From positions 2,666,001-2,730,000 of the forward strand of contig NC_134031.1 of assembly GCF_964204645.1 (NCBI RefSeq): a DNA stretch of 64,000 nucleotides. Direction: 5' to 3'. Position 1 is the stretch's first letter. Every line of letters starts with the position of its first letter. The stretch comes from Tubulanus polymorphus. Lineage: Eukaryota > Animalia > Nemertea. The position numbers and the translations under genes were made by a program. The notes under the pieces are model-generated. The model was given only the letters and a program-made list of their open reading frames with translations, was not told the DNA's origin and searched no databases. Shown here one piece after another: positions 38,699 through 52,226 of this stretch.

Positions 38699-39140
38699 AT
38701 GGCGTACAAACTTCTCGCCGTGTTTGTTTATATTATAACTCAAGTTCTAACGGGTATAATCGGCGACGAAGCCGTCTTACAAACCGCGGTACCGGCGAAA
38801 AACGACACCACGGTGGGATTCTCCGTCGAAAAGGAGGTCCTCACTTACCAAGTAAAGTCCGGCGAGAATATCACCTGGCCCGACCGGTCTCTAGTCACCC
38901 GGCTCGAAGGTGACGTCATACTCGGCGGACTGATGATGGTCCACGAGCGAAGCCCGAAACTGATCTGCGGCCCGATCATGGCTCAAGGCGGTTTACAAGC
39001 TTTAGAAATGATGCTGTACACGATTGATTACGTTAACAGCATTCCCGGATTTTTACCCGGTATAAAACTGGGAGCCCATATCAAAGATGATTGTGATCGC
39101 GACACATATGGCTTAGAACAATCCGTCGACTTCATTAGAG
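38699..39140 (+). CDS. First coding exon of a class C GPCR, metabotropic glutamate receptor family, mangetout/mXR-like; gene presumably continues beyond the window
   Basis: Signal peptide then LEGDVILGGLMMVHERSPKLICGPIMAQGGLQALEMMLYTIDYVN...GAHIKDDCDRDTYGLEQSVDFIR; donor AG|GTAAGA at 39140/41; the ORF tail after 39141 is intron read-through; no next exon found up to 64000. Confidence 0.9.
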
Positions 39141-42100
39141 GTAAGAGATACTTTTCTCTGATTATTTTTTTTCGTTTCCAGCCAGCATCAGTTCGACGTT
39201 TCTATTCGCACCTCGATGACGTATTGGGTCGATTAAGAATTCATACGACGATATTTCCCGAATACACGAAACCTTTCTCTTCTGGGAATTTCGATATGGT
39301 ATATTCCTCAGGTTCCCCAAAAAGAGTTATATTTTGTTCAACAAGTAGATATCATAAGACTATAGATCCCCCTCGCAATATATCATTTGATAACACGATC
39401 GAACATATTCTCCAATGGGGCGCTTCGAATTGTTTATTCATTTTTCATTTATTAATGGAGAAAGTGTCCTACGGCTGATATAATTCTTAAGTATTCTAAT
39501 TAGCTTTATAGATGTATAAACAAATACATAACGCGACTGGAGATGAGCGATTTCTGCGGTGTAGATGAAGGGCCCGACGGCGTTCTGTCGTCTGGGATTC
39601 GATGAAATTAAAATCGCCTCGAGTCGAAAATTATTGAAACCATTAAAAATCCAATTAAACTCGCGAATTATTCGGCGGTATAATATCGTAATAATTTAAA
39701 TCAGCTGTAGATTGAGAGAATCGTTATGGATCGTCTGCCATTGAAATAAGCCGCGCAGTTCTCGTCTTATCAATTTGAACAGTTTGTAGCCGGCAGGGGA
39801 TTTTCAGAATCATTAATACATTCGTCCTCGCGCGTCTCGTCGTCACAGTTTTCCACCGACGCCTCTATACGAGATTGTAAATATTAGTTTTAGGACATAA
39901 AATATCGATAAATAACGGCGCTATCATTATTAGCAGAGACATTATCCACAGAATCGCGTCGATAGAAAAGTTGACTTTGAACTTCATGTCGGGCGATCAC
40001 ACACGACTGTTCTATTCGCATTTTGTGTATAAATGATCCAGATTTAGACAGGTATTACGTACTCGATTCTTGACAGCCTCCCTGCACGGTTTCTCTGCGA
40101 TTAGCTCATTAGAAGCGAGGGCAGACTTCGTTTCATAGTTGTTGACTTTGGGGTTAAATAGATTGGAAAAACTAATTTTCACTGTACGTACGTATTCAAG
40201 ATTTATGGTTTGCATTCGTGTATTTAGCTTTAATTCCGATCCAGCCATTAATCTGAAACAGTCCGAGGGAGGGGGTTATCTGTTATATTTGATTTACGAT
40301 AATTTCAAGAGATTCTCAATATCTCATCTTTCACCTTTTCAAGCAGAGAGGACAAAATCACACATCGCCTACGTGAAGCCGTGGTAGGTTTAACGGTCCG
40401 AATAAAACCCGCGCATTTAGGACGGATTTCTCGTCTTTACTTATGATAAATTAATTGTTTTATATCGTTAAGTACTAATTTGTCACTTATAAATACGCGC
40501 AGTCCGGATAAAGAGAAGATAGCGTGATGCCGTACCGCCGGTAACATCCTCTGACCGAGTATCAATTTATCCCTATTGACCGACCGTTTTCACGGAACAT
40601 TAACCGCTCTTCGGTCAGCTTACCTCGCCGTCTATCGAACTTCCATTGTCCGCGTCTAACGTACAAGAACCGCTTCGAACGCTAGGGTCGAATTCGGTTC
40701 AATGTACCACGATGATAAATCGTCCGCGACAAAAAACAACATTAATTTCCGACAGACGTATATTATATGCATATCGTTTCAGTTCGCGATGTGCACAAAT
40801 ATTAGTTTTTCCTGATAGAGAACAAGATTTATGATTTCGAATACGTCGCCATAAAACAACAAAAAAAAATCATCTTTCATTCATATTCATCGCCATTTCC
40901 ATTTCCGCCTTTCAAATAGGAATACTTTTTATTGATTTTCTAAAATGCTCAGGATCAAGTTCAAGAAAAATGTTTAAGACGCTTTAGTTGGAAAACTTGG
41001 CCTCATGAAGCAACATATATAGCAATTAAACCAGAAATGTGGGTTTAACTTCTTTCTGGAATTGGGCCCTGGGTGAGGTGACTTTTAATCAACAAGACAA
41101 TCTTCGAATACTAATTCATAACACAATAGCAAGGCGAGCTTTTAATAATCCTGACCGTGTTGAAATCAAAGTTAATTACAATCTTGTTAGTTTCAATATT
41201 TCGACGAATGTCTCCTTTTCAATCGCAGCGGATGACAGTTCGAATCTCCGGGATGAAATTCCGACCAATCTAAATGCAGTCAAATATTGCGACGTTACTA
41301 ATTAAAAAGCAATCCCGGCTTGTAACGCATTCAGGGAACACTCAAAAGTCATTCTTATTGAAATTCACGGAAATCTAATAAAATTGTATTATGAATAAAG
41401 ATAAGTGAATTTGATATTATTTCCATCGTGAACGGTATAGAAAATTGGATTGCGCGCTCAGACGTACAGTACTGGGAGTTGAAAGGTTAGAAGGGCACTA
41501 AGCCTACGGCTGGTGTCGGGAGAGACTGCAAAATAACTTATGTCCTATGTTTTTCTTGTACAACGTGGTCATACGATATGAGACTTTCGTTCTACGTCTT
41601 TCGTCTCTAATGGAGCCCGTGATCAAATTGTTTTACGACTGAAATACGACTGTGAAGTATTCAAGCATAACTTCGTCGTGATTCGTTCATTTGAAGGGAA
41701 AAATTTCCATGAAAACCGGACGACTCTATAAATTTTTCAATGACGCGCAGCTGTCTGTAAATAAAAACCTTCCCATTGTAGTTATCTCTACGTATTTGCT
41801 CAGCTGCGGGCATTTTTAACTGAGGGTTTTGTTATTTTGCCGCAGCCATTGGAATTATTAAATCATGTTTATATAAAAGCGGCAGCAGCAGCAAGAGGTT
41901 AAATCTATTGCGCAAAATTTAGCACAAAACAGGTAACTTTGGGTATACACAACATTCCAGGACGACTACTCAGAAATCGAGGGCTATAGATGCACATCGT
42001 TTACATTTCATGTATCCCTGGTTTTAGAAGATCCCGAAAAGGATCCCGAATCTCATCTCTGATTATACGCCATCTTTTGAATATTAGGTTAATCTCAGTT

Positions 42101-45100
42101 GATAAAACCCACAGTAAGAAGAAGAGATAGTCTGACGTATCGACTCCATTCTTTGAGCCATTTCAAAAACAGATTTATTGTACAGTTATATTGGTTAATC
42201 TTTTTGACCACTTAATAGATCATACCATTTGCTTTGGAGTATTTCTTACTCAGTAAAGGCCAGTGAACTACGCTTTGCTTGTTGCGTGTTGATAAAGCTC
42301 CGTTAAGGCACCGACCTTCTTTATTTTGACGCCGTTTGATATTTTCCTCTGATGCCTTTCTTTTCTCGCATTGCCCGTTAAAAAAAGAAACCTTTAACTG
42401 AAACCTCTCTCGGCCAGCGCGTTCACGCTAATGAAACATTCTGTTTGATTCTTTGTGAAAAGTGATTGATTTATGCCCCGTGTTGTTGTGCAACTACTTC
42501 ACTTCAAGGCACTTGACGCAAGCGGCAAATGATACTTTAATAATGGCTTTCAACATTCCTGACGCTAAACCACTATTGGCTTATTGACGGTGTAATGTTG
42601 TAATTAGTTCTTTATCAACTCGAAGTTGCTGCTCTGAGTGCTCGATTCGACGTTGAAAGCCATTTTTCCGGCGTGTAGTTTCGAGAAACATTGTTTAAGT
42701 CTACGACGTAACGAACAAGTACATCTTATGCGAGGGGTTGAAAACCAATGAGTAACTCTCCATTCTTAAGTCGTTCCAACCCTAACAAATTCCAGTGCGT
42801 AATTCTAGAAAAGTAATGCCTTGTTCTCGTAGCAGAAATTAATATTCTAATTGACCAAAAATGAAACAGTTCTAGACCTCAGCGCAGCTGTCGTATATTC
42901 GCATGAAAATATCAGTGGTGACGACAGCGATAGGCAAATAAGACCGCTTTGAAAACACAGCCCTAGAAGGTAGCTAGCGAGTCAAGAATGAAAACAAAAA
43001 TGTGACGCAGCTGATCATACGAGGAACGTCGCCTGAAGTCGTCATTATTCTACGAATCTGCTGTAAAGGGAGATAATTATCATGCTCGTAAAATGCAGTA
43101 GGTTGTTTACACGCTCTGTTGAATTCATATATACATATATTCGACGACAGATCAATAAACTGCGTATGAACGTCACAACGTGTTTATTTCGCATGCGCCA
43201 TGTCGGCCTGCCTCAATTCTGTGACTTTTTACTTCAATTAAAACTGCTCGCACTTGACGTCCAGTATTACGCAGTGGGACGTGATTCCGTTTCGACACAC
43301 ACACACACAGCGATCGAAACGAAAGGAAATTGGTTTTCTATTCGAAGGCGTCACTGCCCGAAGGGCCACCTTTTCTGAAAGGTGGAAATGGCGAACTGTT
43401 TGTAAAAATGATCTAAAAACCTTTTAAAGTTTCGCGCGTGAATTCTAGATTCTAATTTCTGTTTGCTTTTGATGTATAACGTTTCACACCGATTAAAATG
43501 TAGTCACAGTGGTCGACCACGGCTGCAGCTAGAAGCGGCCACAAATGATATTTTCACATCGGTTCTACAATATTTCCTATCTTATCAAAATACCCTACTT
43601 TAAATAGAATATCAGCGTTGTTATGTGCTCATTGAAAAGATTTCGCCAACTCGCCAACGAGTCTTCCCGAGGGAGGGAACTGTTCGTTAATTTCAAAGAG
43701 AAAAGCGAACATGAAACGAACGAAGTTTGTTTTTATCTGTTATTCATAAAGATGAATATCTACTTGTAAGGAAATCGCCCACGAAAGAAAGTTACGTTCG
43801 GTTTCTATAATGTTAGTTTTCGTCAGAGCGTATTCTATTCACCACATTAAGCAGTTATTATCAGAAGAACAAAAAAAAAAAATCGCCAGAGTTTAGATTA
43901 TTTGCGATGCTGTCGAACGCACCTGGTACTGGTGAATTTTAAAATAATCGAATATCACAAGATGAAATACGTGTAATGTAATGATGCACGCAGTTATACG
44001 TCGACGCGTCCTTTCCGGATCGAAATTTGTAAAAGGCGTTTTGCAACATTTTTTGACGAAAAAAAAAAATGAATGAAAGTTTTCGCGCGATGGTCGAGAA
44101 ACAGGCAATATCATTAGGTTATAGTAAACGTAGCGAGAATAATTCGATTAGTATTTAGTAACTCAATTGAAGCGACGGTTCGTGATTCAAGAGAAAATCT
44201 GGCATTTTCGGTAAATCTATTTCATACATGCCTACAATCAGTTTATCGACGGTGCAGTTTTGCTCGCTGTGGTGGCGCCTCGGGACAAAATGTTATCAAA
44301 CCACCAGTCATTTCATTGCGTCCGTAGTAGGTACCGATATATCGTTAAAGAAGCGATGGAAAGAAGACAGCGAAGACTTTTAACCACGTCACTGGCTTAT
44401 GACGACCTGCGACACCTACCGACGCAACCGATTTTATCGGTGAATGGCGGCAACTGGCGGCTTACGGTAGGGAGACATAGGCCGGCTGTTTACCACGTCA
44501 ATCTAAATTCAACCCCCCGGCTCACATTGCGAGCAAATTCACTAGTACACGTATTTTGTCTGAAATTAGCATCATCGACCTTGGGAGCTAAATAAAGCAG
44601 CGCTTCATTTTAGCGACCTTGGGCTACACATCATAGAAGACTTGATCGGATTTATGAAAGATGCAGATATACCGCGTCTTATATCAATCGTCAGTTCATT
44701 AGGCTGAAAATCGTGGTATTCGTCCACGCGAAAACACAATTGCCGAAGTAGGATGCGTATCTGTGCGTTCACATAAAGACGTTCCTGGACAGTTTTCAAC
44801 GGGATCAAATTTCCATCCGGTGTATACCGTTACCTCATTATCTGGCTAGGGACCTACTGCGGCCATTTCGTGTGACATCTGCCATACGATGAAACAATAC
44901 AGGCCTATTCGTTTCCAATCAAGATACAGAATTAACGTATGATAGCCTCACCGGTTAGACTTTATAGCGCAAAAAGTCGGAAATCCATTATACGAAGACC
45001 CGGTTTTAAAAACAACACAATCCGACAATCCGGAGACATCTCTCCCAATTTTGCGAAACGTAATGGATACATGTTGATATGAACAGTTATCGAAAGGCTT

Positions 45101-45220
45101 CCACCAGAAATATAGTGATCAAAGACATCGTGTGTCTGGAGTGTTTTGGAGATTGAGATGATTCGATACGGCGAAAGTCTCTCGATGATTTTTTCACTTC
45201 ATTTAAACGTTGAACATAAT

Positions 45221-45430
45221 GCGGCCTCTGTAGGCCAGTGGGATATAAGGTGTGTCTGTCTGTCGGTACTGTAGTGAGAGTCTATCGGTACTGTAGTGAA
45301 AGCAGGTTCGAGTCCTGCTCGTTGCTTACAGTGTGTGGGCAACACTTCGAGGCTGTGGTCCCGTCGCGAGGAATCCTAAAGGTTTAGTCCTGGTCTAGAC
45401 GTGAAAGCAAGATAAAGCAAAACAACCAAT
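45221..45430 (+). mobile_element. tRNA-derived SINE (degenerate)
   Basis: A-box-like TAGGCCAGTGG (~45231), B-box in hairpin AGCAGGTTCGAGTCCTGCT (45301-45319), internal duplication TCGGTACTGTAGTGA, A/C-rich tail GACGTGAAAGCAAGATAAAGCAAAACAACCAA. Confidence 0.55.
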
Positions 45431-48400
45431 AGATACATGATTTTCGCATGCTTAGATAGCCTTCTATGAAGGAATTCGTATTTTGTGTCATCATGACGCA
45501 GGCCTGCAGATCAAAGCATCACTTTGATGCTGTTGATTAAATTATAATCAAAGCTATGACAAACATGTGAGGAAAAATACAAATATTCTAACAAACGCGA
45601 CTTGAATAAACTTTCCATTTCCACCGAACAGAAAACTTGATTCTATTTGATTTGAAAGCGGACGCTGAAGAACGTCTCGGGACATTAAATCCATTTTCGA
45701 TATATAAACTATTTGGTTATTCATCTATAGTAATGTTGTCCAAGTTCCATCAGAATACAGAAAACCGAGCGTCTTTTTTTCGTCTGGCAGCAAGAAAAAA
45801 ATACATTCATCAGAAAGTCAAAACCAATAGTTTGATACTGAAAACCATCAATTTCAACTCAGATGCTGCTTCCTAGAAAAATATTTAAAAATACCCCTAA
45901 TGATCCACCATTTTGAGACAAGAAAGTAGTTATATTCCGTTTTTATGGTATCTCGTTCATTCACGGCGTGGTTTGAAATAACTAGTCACAGCCACAGCCA
46001 GTGACACGTGCATACCGTTTCATAAATCAGATAGAAATCTGAATTCGTGACCGCACGTTTCCTCGTTACTGAATCTGCATGTAATAATTTATCACCAACA
46101 ACAACTTGTACGACTACATCGTCACTTTCCTCATACACGACGATGGCGATATTTTATCGTAGGTTGAAAAACTGATAACTCCACACAGAGCAAGGAATCT
46201 ACAATATTCGGTGACATTCGCGTCGAAGATGAAAATGCGCCAAAAGATGAATATTTCAGTTACGCTGACAATATATCCTGTTTGCGGCAAAAATATCGAA
46301 AGAGAAAGAACGGACAAGATAACGAGACAATTTAGTAATGTAACGATGACCTTTTCCTGTCAGTATCTTCGATTCCTCTAATAAAGAATAAAGAATGTCA
46401 ACAAGATTGTTCTGGCCATAGAAAAAGTTTCGTATATCCAATTCTTTACACGTCATAATTTAGTGTAACCGGAGAATTTCGTCTGGCAACTATGCTCTTC
46501 TAAATCCTCGTGGTCGATCGACTCAATGTCACGATGTCTCATCTCTCCCACGAGAATCTACTTTCGAACGGATTTTTATTTCACGCGGAATCCTGTTCGT
46601 TCATCTGCGCCCCGATTTCATTTTAACTCGGCGTAATCTAATTAAGTCTCTTCTATAGAGTGACGGCGCGACTACTTTTACGTTTCACTGAAAACATGTC
46701 CACATGACGAGAGGCACGCGACTGCGTGACAATCGTTAAGGTATCGATTTTGGGCAGGAAGTACGTACTCGGCTTGTTCTAAATGTAACAGCCACTCCGA
46801 TTGGCTGGCGTACGAGAGATCTAACGCCCTGCTCTCTAATTTTTCATCTATAAAAGTAGCTTCACTTCAATCGACACCAGAAACGAATCGTGTGACTTTT
46901 TTCCCTTCTAGACAAGTTACAAGGGCATCACTGTAAACCTATATATGGTTTTTATGTTTAAACGATGTACAAAAATACGAGCGTTTTTATGGCGGATTTA
47001 TGTTACGATAAAAGATCATGAGAATCACAACCACATAAAAGCAAAATTCAAATGACAACATTTTATGGTGTTTTTATCGCGTTTTTATGTGTCTGCTATA
47101 TTCATTTCTTCAAGCGGCTCGGCTTGCCTCGCCAGACGATCATTTGACATGGGGGAAAAACGAGAAAAAGATCACATTTTCAAAACGACACTGTCAAAAC
47201 CTGCGATAACTTCTTACAAATTAATCCCCGTAGAAGAAGCCCGCACAAACATCTTAGCTGGCAAGAAGGATGTATTCGGTGACGTTCGTTCGTCGTTAGT
47301 ATCGGGGCATTGTTTGCTAACACGACCGAGTTTAGCCAGCTTCGCCGAGACATTGTCGATTAAAATACCCAATCCAGTCGTCATAACCTGTCACATTTTA
47401 TTGCGTTATCATGAAATATTAGTGCGTTCTTTGATATATTTGCCTCGATATGTTCACCCGGTGCACGATCTCACTAACAACGACGACCATCTTAACGCCT
47501 TCCCAACGGTTTCATTCCTCTATAACTATACCCGCCCGATCAAAGGAATCTACGATGTTACGGGTGGCTCAGCATCTTTGTCCTATTTCCTTATTTCTAC
47601 GAGAACAATTTGGATTTCTGTTTGCATAAAAGTCATTTATTCATTATATAGGAGATGTTTACAGATATTTACATATTTACATATATACATAATTCAATAT
47701 AATTTCACAACACTTCAATATCAATATTTCATGCAAATTGTATGCTGTAATGACTATCAAATGTCAATTAATTATTTACTCCCTAAGATGTTGTCCTTTT
47801 TAACAGTCTAAACCCTCAATATCTTGCAAGCTCGGTAGCATCTGACATGTACCATATCTTTAATGGCAAACACGATATTCACTGAATCTATATTCGGCAT
47901 TTGGTGCGAACTCGATTCTACCACACGTCCCCTTAGATCGCAAAAAAATCACTGAGGCGGATATACTGAAATTAGTACCATAAATTGGTACTTTTGAAGT
48001 GATAGTAATCAGTAAGCCTGTATATACACAGATCTCGCTAGAAGATGATATGCCGATCAGTTGTCATTAAAAAACCAGTGCGAGCGGTGCATTACACGAT
48101 GACAGACGACAGGTTTCAGTCATCTACTCTTATTTACTAAATGGATCACCAGTGTCGTCTGACGACGGAACCCAAAGCTTTTATCAATGATATTTCTTCT
48201 TCCTGATTAGTTTTTGATCGCAAAGATTTTTGTAACGTTTCATCTAGAGGTCCATCGCCCTGAAGGTGGTTTTTACCTTAAAAGGAGTCGAGGCTCGGAA
48301 TTCAGCAGATGAAATGGTTTTGCATCTTGACATGTCATTTCCGGGATGGAATTGATTTCTGCAGGGCAAGGCCGAATGAAGGTCACACATCCGAGTCGGA

Positions 48401-48785
48401 AACTGTGAAAATGGACTTTGAAGGAGAGCGTAACTGCAAAATATTAGCAGACAGTTGCAAATTCGAATGGCGTAAGAGTTGATTATTTCTAGCATCTTTT
48501 CTAGCCATAACACCAGTTGATACAGCTATCTTTTTATCTAAAGATAGGGATTGACCTAGTTATTTATCAAATTGATATAGATTTCGTTTGATTTTTGTAT
48601 TAGTTTTTGCTGTCCGTTACAAACCCACCAAACCTGCCGGGAACGAAACAGCGTGCAAAATCATCGGTGACATTCACGGTCTTTATTTGTTTTTTGTTTT
48701 TTTAGATATGATTTAGAATATTTGTGTTTTATATTGAATGCTGGATGTTTTGGACATGGCCAGAATCATAATATCTGGCTGGTTT

Positions 48786-49940
48786 CTACTTCCGGTGACG
48801 AGTAGATATCGTTTTATATATATTTAGTGTAAAGAAATAAACGATGAAATTGCTGCAGTATACTATCGACCGGAAGTGAGCGGCTAGTCGAGATAGAATC
48901 TGACACCACTTTTCCATACGATCGATTGGGGTATCATTCGGCACTGATCCGTATCCAACGCCGAGTGTCGTACCAATGGCCCCACCAATAATCTGTAATA
49001 GTTTGAATATCGAAAACGGTGCCACAAGTACAAGAAATACACTGACGACAGCGTGCAGTGTTTTATTAGATCTGACATAGTGTTTTGTGGTACTTAAATC
49101 AGCAGTTTTACCGCCGTTTGCCGCAATAACGGTTAACAATGAGAAAATGAGGATTAGAAACACTGGAATAATGTCACATACAGAAATAGTTTTAGAACGT
49201 AAAGTTTGATTTATTTTATGTAGATCGCGTAACTTAAAGCCAGGAAGCAAAAATATGGACATTGATGAGCTGGAACACGGTATTGTGGTGGAGGTTAAAT
49301 AGACATATCTCTCACCACGTGTTCTATTACCCCAGGGACCAGTCCATTTATGGTCATAAAAAATAGAAGGTGTACTCTGAGAAGAAACTGTCAGAAAGTC
49401 CGGTAGTGAAATCAATACGGCCGCTAGTACTGCGGCTAAAACTACATATTTTCGGGCTTTGACAGTCACGTGTTTCATGTGGAAAAATGGCGCTCTAACG
49501 GCGACGAAGCGTTCTATAGAGATAATTACAACCGACCAGTTACACAAAAAATTAGTGGATACCTTGATTACGTGAGATAGATAACAAAACGAATAGTGCC
49601 ATTGAACGATATCGAAATAACGAATATAAAACAATAGAATCCGATTAGAACAGCGCGTGGTATATTTACAGTCATCTGCCAGCAACTTCTGTATGTGTAT
49701 CGGATATCTGAATATACCAGCAAACAGTACATAGATCTGATCTGAGAACGCTAGCGTTATCAAATACACGAACGTCGCCCGGATCGTAACACTGCGTCGA
49801 TATTTCAACAGGAAAATTATAGTGAACGTGTTCAAAACTACTCCTATCGGGTAGATAATCGTCGGGAAATAGCGGTCGAACTCTTTGCGGAACGCTACCA
49901 AACGCAGGTAATGATACCCTGTGAGTTCTTTGTTCGCCAT
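48786..49940 (-). CDS. Intronless class A (rhodopsin-like) GPCR, FMRFamide-receptor-like/putative chemoreceptor, copy 1 (384 aa)
   Basis: Seven hydrophobic segments; TM1 GVVLN, TM2 YLITLAFSD, TM3 SIERFVAV, TM6 VFLVLVAP, TM7 SNFIVY. Confidence 0.9.
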   Translation of the reverse strand: MANKELTGYHYLRLVAFRKEFDRYFPTIIYPIGVVLNTFTIIFLLKYRRSVTIRATFVYLITLAFSDQIYVLFAGIFRYPIHIQKLLADDCKYTTRCSNRILLFYIRYFDIVQWHYSFCYLSHVIKVSTNFLCNWSVVIISIERFVAVRAPFFHMKHVTVKARKYVVLAAVLAAVLISLPDFLTVSSQSTPSIFYDHKWTGPWGNRTRGERYVYLTSTTIPCSSSSMSIFLLPGFKLRDLHKINQTLRSKTISVCDIIPVFLILIFSLLTVIAANGGKTADLSTTKHYVRSNKTLHAVVSVFLVLVAPFSIFKLLQIIGGAIGTTLGVGYGSVPNDTPIDRMEKWCQILSRLAAHFRSIVYCSNFIVYFFTLNIYKTISTRHRK

Positions 49941-51071
49941 GGTAGTTTTCGCTCGGTTCGCCCATTATGTTTCACATGAACTTTAAAACGTTTTTAGAGT
50001 TGACGATTTCGCCCCACATCATGATTCTTCTGAACGAATTGATATACATGTATACATATGAAGCACCGTTGAAACTTAAGACATAAATTGCTTGATCGAT
50101 GACTTCAAAAATGATGATGATAGAAGTTTCACTCCAACAAGCTACTTAAAGTATTGTCAAAACAAAATGCATACTTTTTTATGCCAAATAGAAATTAAGT
50201 AGAAATGCAAATATCAATATCTCTTTTCGTGGAGTTTTGGGACTCGTGATGTCGTCGTCAATAAACTATATAGTAATCAATAAGCCCCTTCCCGCCACCA
50301 CCTATGTATATACACAGATCTCGCTAGAAGATTATATGCAGATCAGTTGTCATTAAAAAACCAGTGCGAGCGGTGCATTACACGATGACAGACGACAGGT
50401 TTCAGTCATCTACTCTTATTTACTAAATGGATCACCAGTGTCGTCTGACGACGGAACCCAAAGCTTTTATCAATGATATTTCTTCTTCCTGATTAGTTTT
50501 TGATCGCAAAGATTTTTGTAACGTTTCATCTAGAGGTCCATCGCCCTGAAGGTGGTTTTTACCTTAAAAGGAGTCGAGGCTCGGAATTCAGCAGATGAAA
50601 TGGTTTTGCATCTTGACATGTCATTTCCGGGATGGAATTGATTTCTGCAGGGCAAGGCCGAATGAAGGTCATACATCCGACTCGGAAACTGTGAAAATTG
50701 ACTTTGAAGGGGAGCGCAACTGCAAAATGTTAGCGGACAGTTGCAAATTCGAATGGCGTAAGAGTTGATTATTTCTAGCATCTTTTCTAGCCGTAACACC
50801 AGTTAATACAGCTATCTTTTTATCTTAAGATAGGGATTGACCTAGTTATTTATCAAATTGGTATAGATTTCGTTTGAATTTTGTATTAGTTTTTGCTGTC
50901 TCTTACAAACCCACAAAACCTGCCGGGAACGAAACAGCGTGCAAAATCATCGGTGACATACACGGTCTTTATTTGTTTTTTGTTTTTTTAGATATGATTT
51001 AGAATAATTGTGTTTTATATTGAATGCTGAATGTTTTGGACATGGCCAGAATCATAATATCTGGCTGGTTT

Positions 51072-52226
51072 CTACTTCCGGTGACGAGTAGATATCGTTT
51101 TATATATTTTTAGCGTAAAGAAATAAACGATGAAATTGCTGCAGTATACTATCGACCGGAAGTGAGCGGCGATTTGAGAGAAAATCTCACACCACTTTTC
51201 CAAACGATCCATTAGGGTATCATTCGGCACTGATCCGTATCCAACCCCGGTCGACGTACCAAAGGCCCCACCAATAATCTGTAATAGTTTGAATATCGAA
51301 AACGGTGCCACAAGTACAAGAAATACACTGACGACAGCGTGCAATGTTTTATTAGATCTGACACAGTGTTTTGTGGTACTTAAATCAGCAGTTTTACCGC
51401 CGTTTGCCGCAATAACGGTTAACAATGAGAAAATGAGGATTAGAAACACTGGAATAATGTCACATACAGAAATAGTTTTAAAACGTATACTTTGAGTCAT
51501 TTTAAATATATCGCGAAACGTAAAGCCAGGAAGCCGAAAATAGGACACTGCTGCGCTTAAACACGGTATTGTGGTGGAGGTTAAATAGACATATCTCTCA
51601 CCACGTGTTCTATTACCCCGGGAACCAGTCCATTTATAATGATACAAAATAAAAGGTGTACTCTGAGAAGAAACTGTCAGAAAGTCCGGTAGTGATATCA
51701 ACACGGCCGCTAGTACTGCGGCTAAAACTACATATTTTCGGGCTTTGACAGTCACGTGTTTCATGTGGACAAATGGCGCTCTAACGGCGACGAAGCGTTC
51801 TATAGAGATAATTACAACCAACCAGTTACACAAAAAATTAGTGGATACCTTGATTACGTGAGATAGATAACAAAACGAATAGTGCCATTGAACGATATCG
51901 AAATAACGAATATAAAACAATAGAATCCGATTAGAGCAGCGCGTGGTATATTTACAGTCATCTGCCAGCAACTTCTGTATGTGTATCGGATATCTGAATA
52001 TACCCGCAAACAGTACATAGATCTGATCTGAGAACGCTAGCGTTATCAAATACACGAACGTCGCCCGGATCGTAACACTGCGTCGATATTTCAACAGGAA
52101 AATTATAGTGAACGTATTCAAAACTACTCCTATCGGGTAGATAATCGTCGGGAAATAGCGGTCGAACTCTTTGCGGAACGCTACCAAACGCAGGTAATGA
52201 TACCCTGTGAGTTCTTTGTTCGCCAT
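51072..52226 (-). CDS. Intronless class A GPCR, copy 2 (384 aa)
   Basis: Intact paralog with the same 7TM motifs. Confidence 0.9.
   Translation of the reverse strand: MANKELTGYHYLRLVAFRKEFDRYFPTIIYPIGVVLNTFTIIFLLKYRRSVTIRATFVYLITLAFSDQIYVLFAGIFRYPIHIQKLLADDCKYTTRCSNRILLFYIRYFDIVQWHYSFCYLSHVIKVSTNFLCNWLVVIISIERFVAVRAPFVHMKHVTVKARKYVVLAAVLAAVLISLPDFLTVSSQSTPFILYHYKWTGSRGNRTRGERYVYLTSTTIPCLSAAVSYFRLPGFTFRDIFKMTQSIRFKTISVCDIIPVFLILIFSLLTVIAANGGKTADLSTTKHCVRSNKTLHAVVSVFLVLVAPFSIFKLLQIIGGAFGTSTGVGYGSVPNDTLMDRLEKWCEIFSQIAAHFRSIVYCSNFIVYFFTLKIYKTISTRHRK

Noticed and set aside
39141-39478. C-terminal part of the 273-aa ORF 38657-39478
   Set aside because: mGluR similarity stops at the AG|GTAAGA donor; the remainder is intronic
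47065-47811. 248-aa plus-strand ORF as a possible second mXR exon or gene
   Set aside because: No Venus-flytrap motifs or recognisable domain; low-complexity AT-rich tail; probably a chance ORF
48244-50799. Duplicated 89-aa ORFs (48244-48513, 50530-50799) downstream of the GPCRs
   Set aside because: Non-ATG starts, no motifs, disrupted by a stop in the third unit; similarity is explained by the recent duplication
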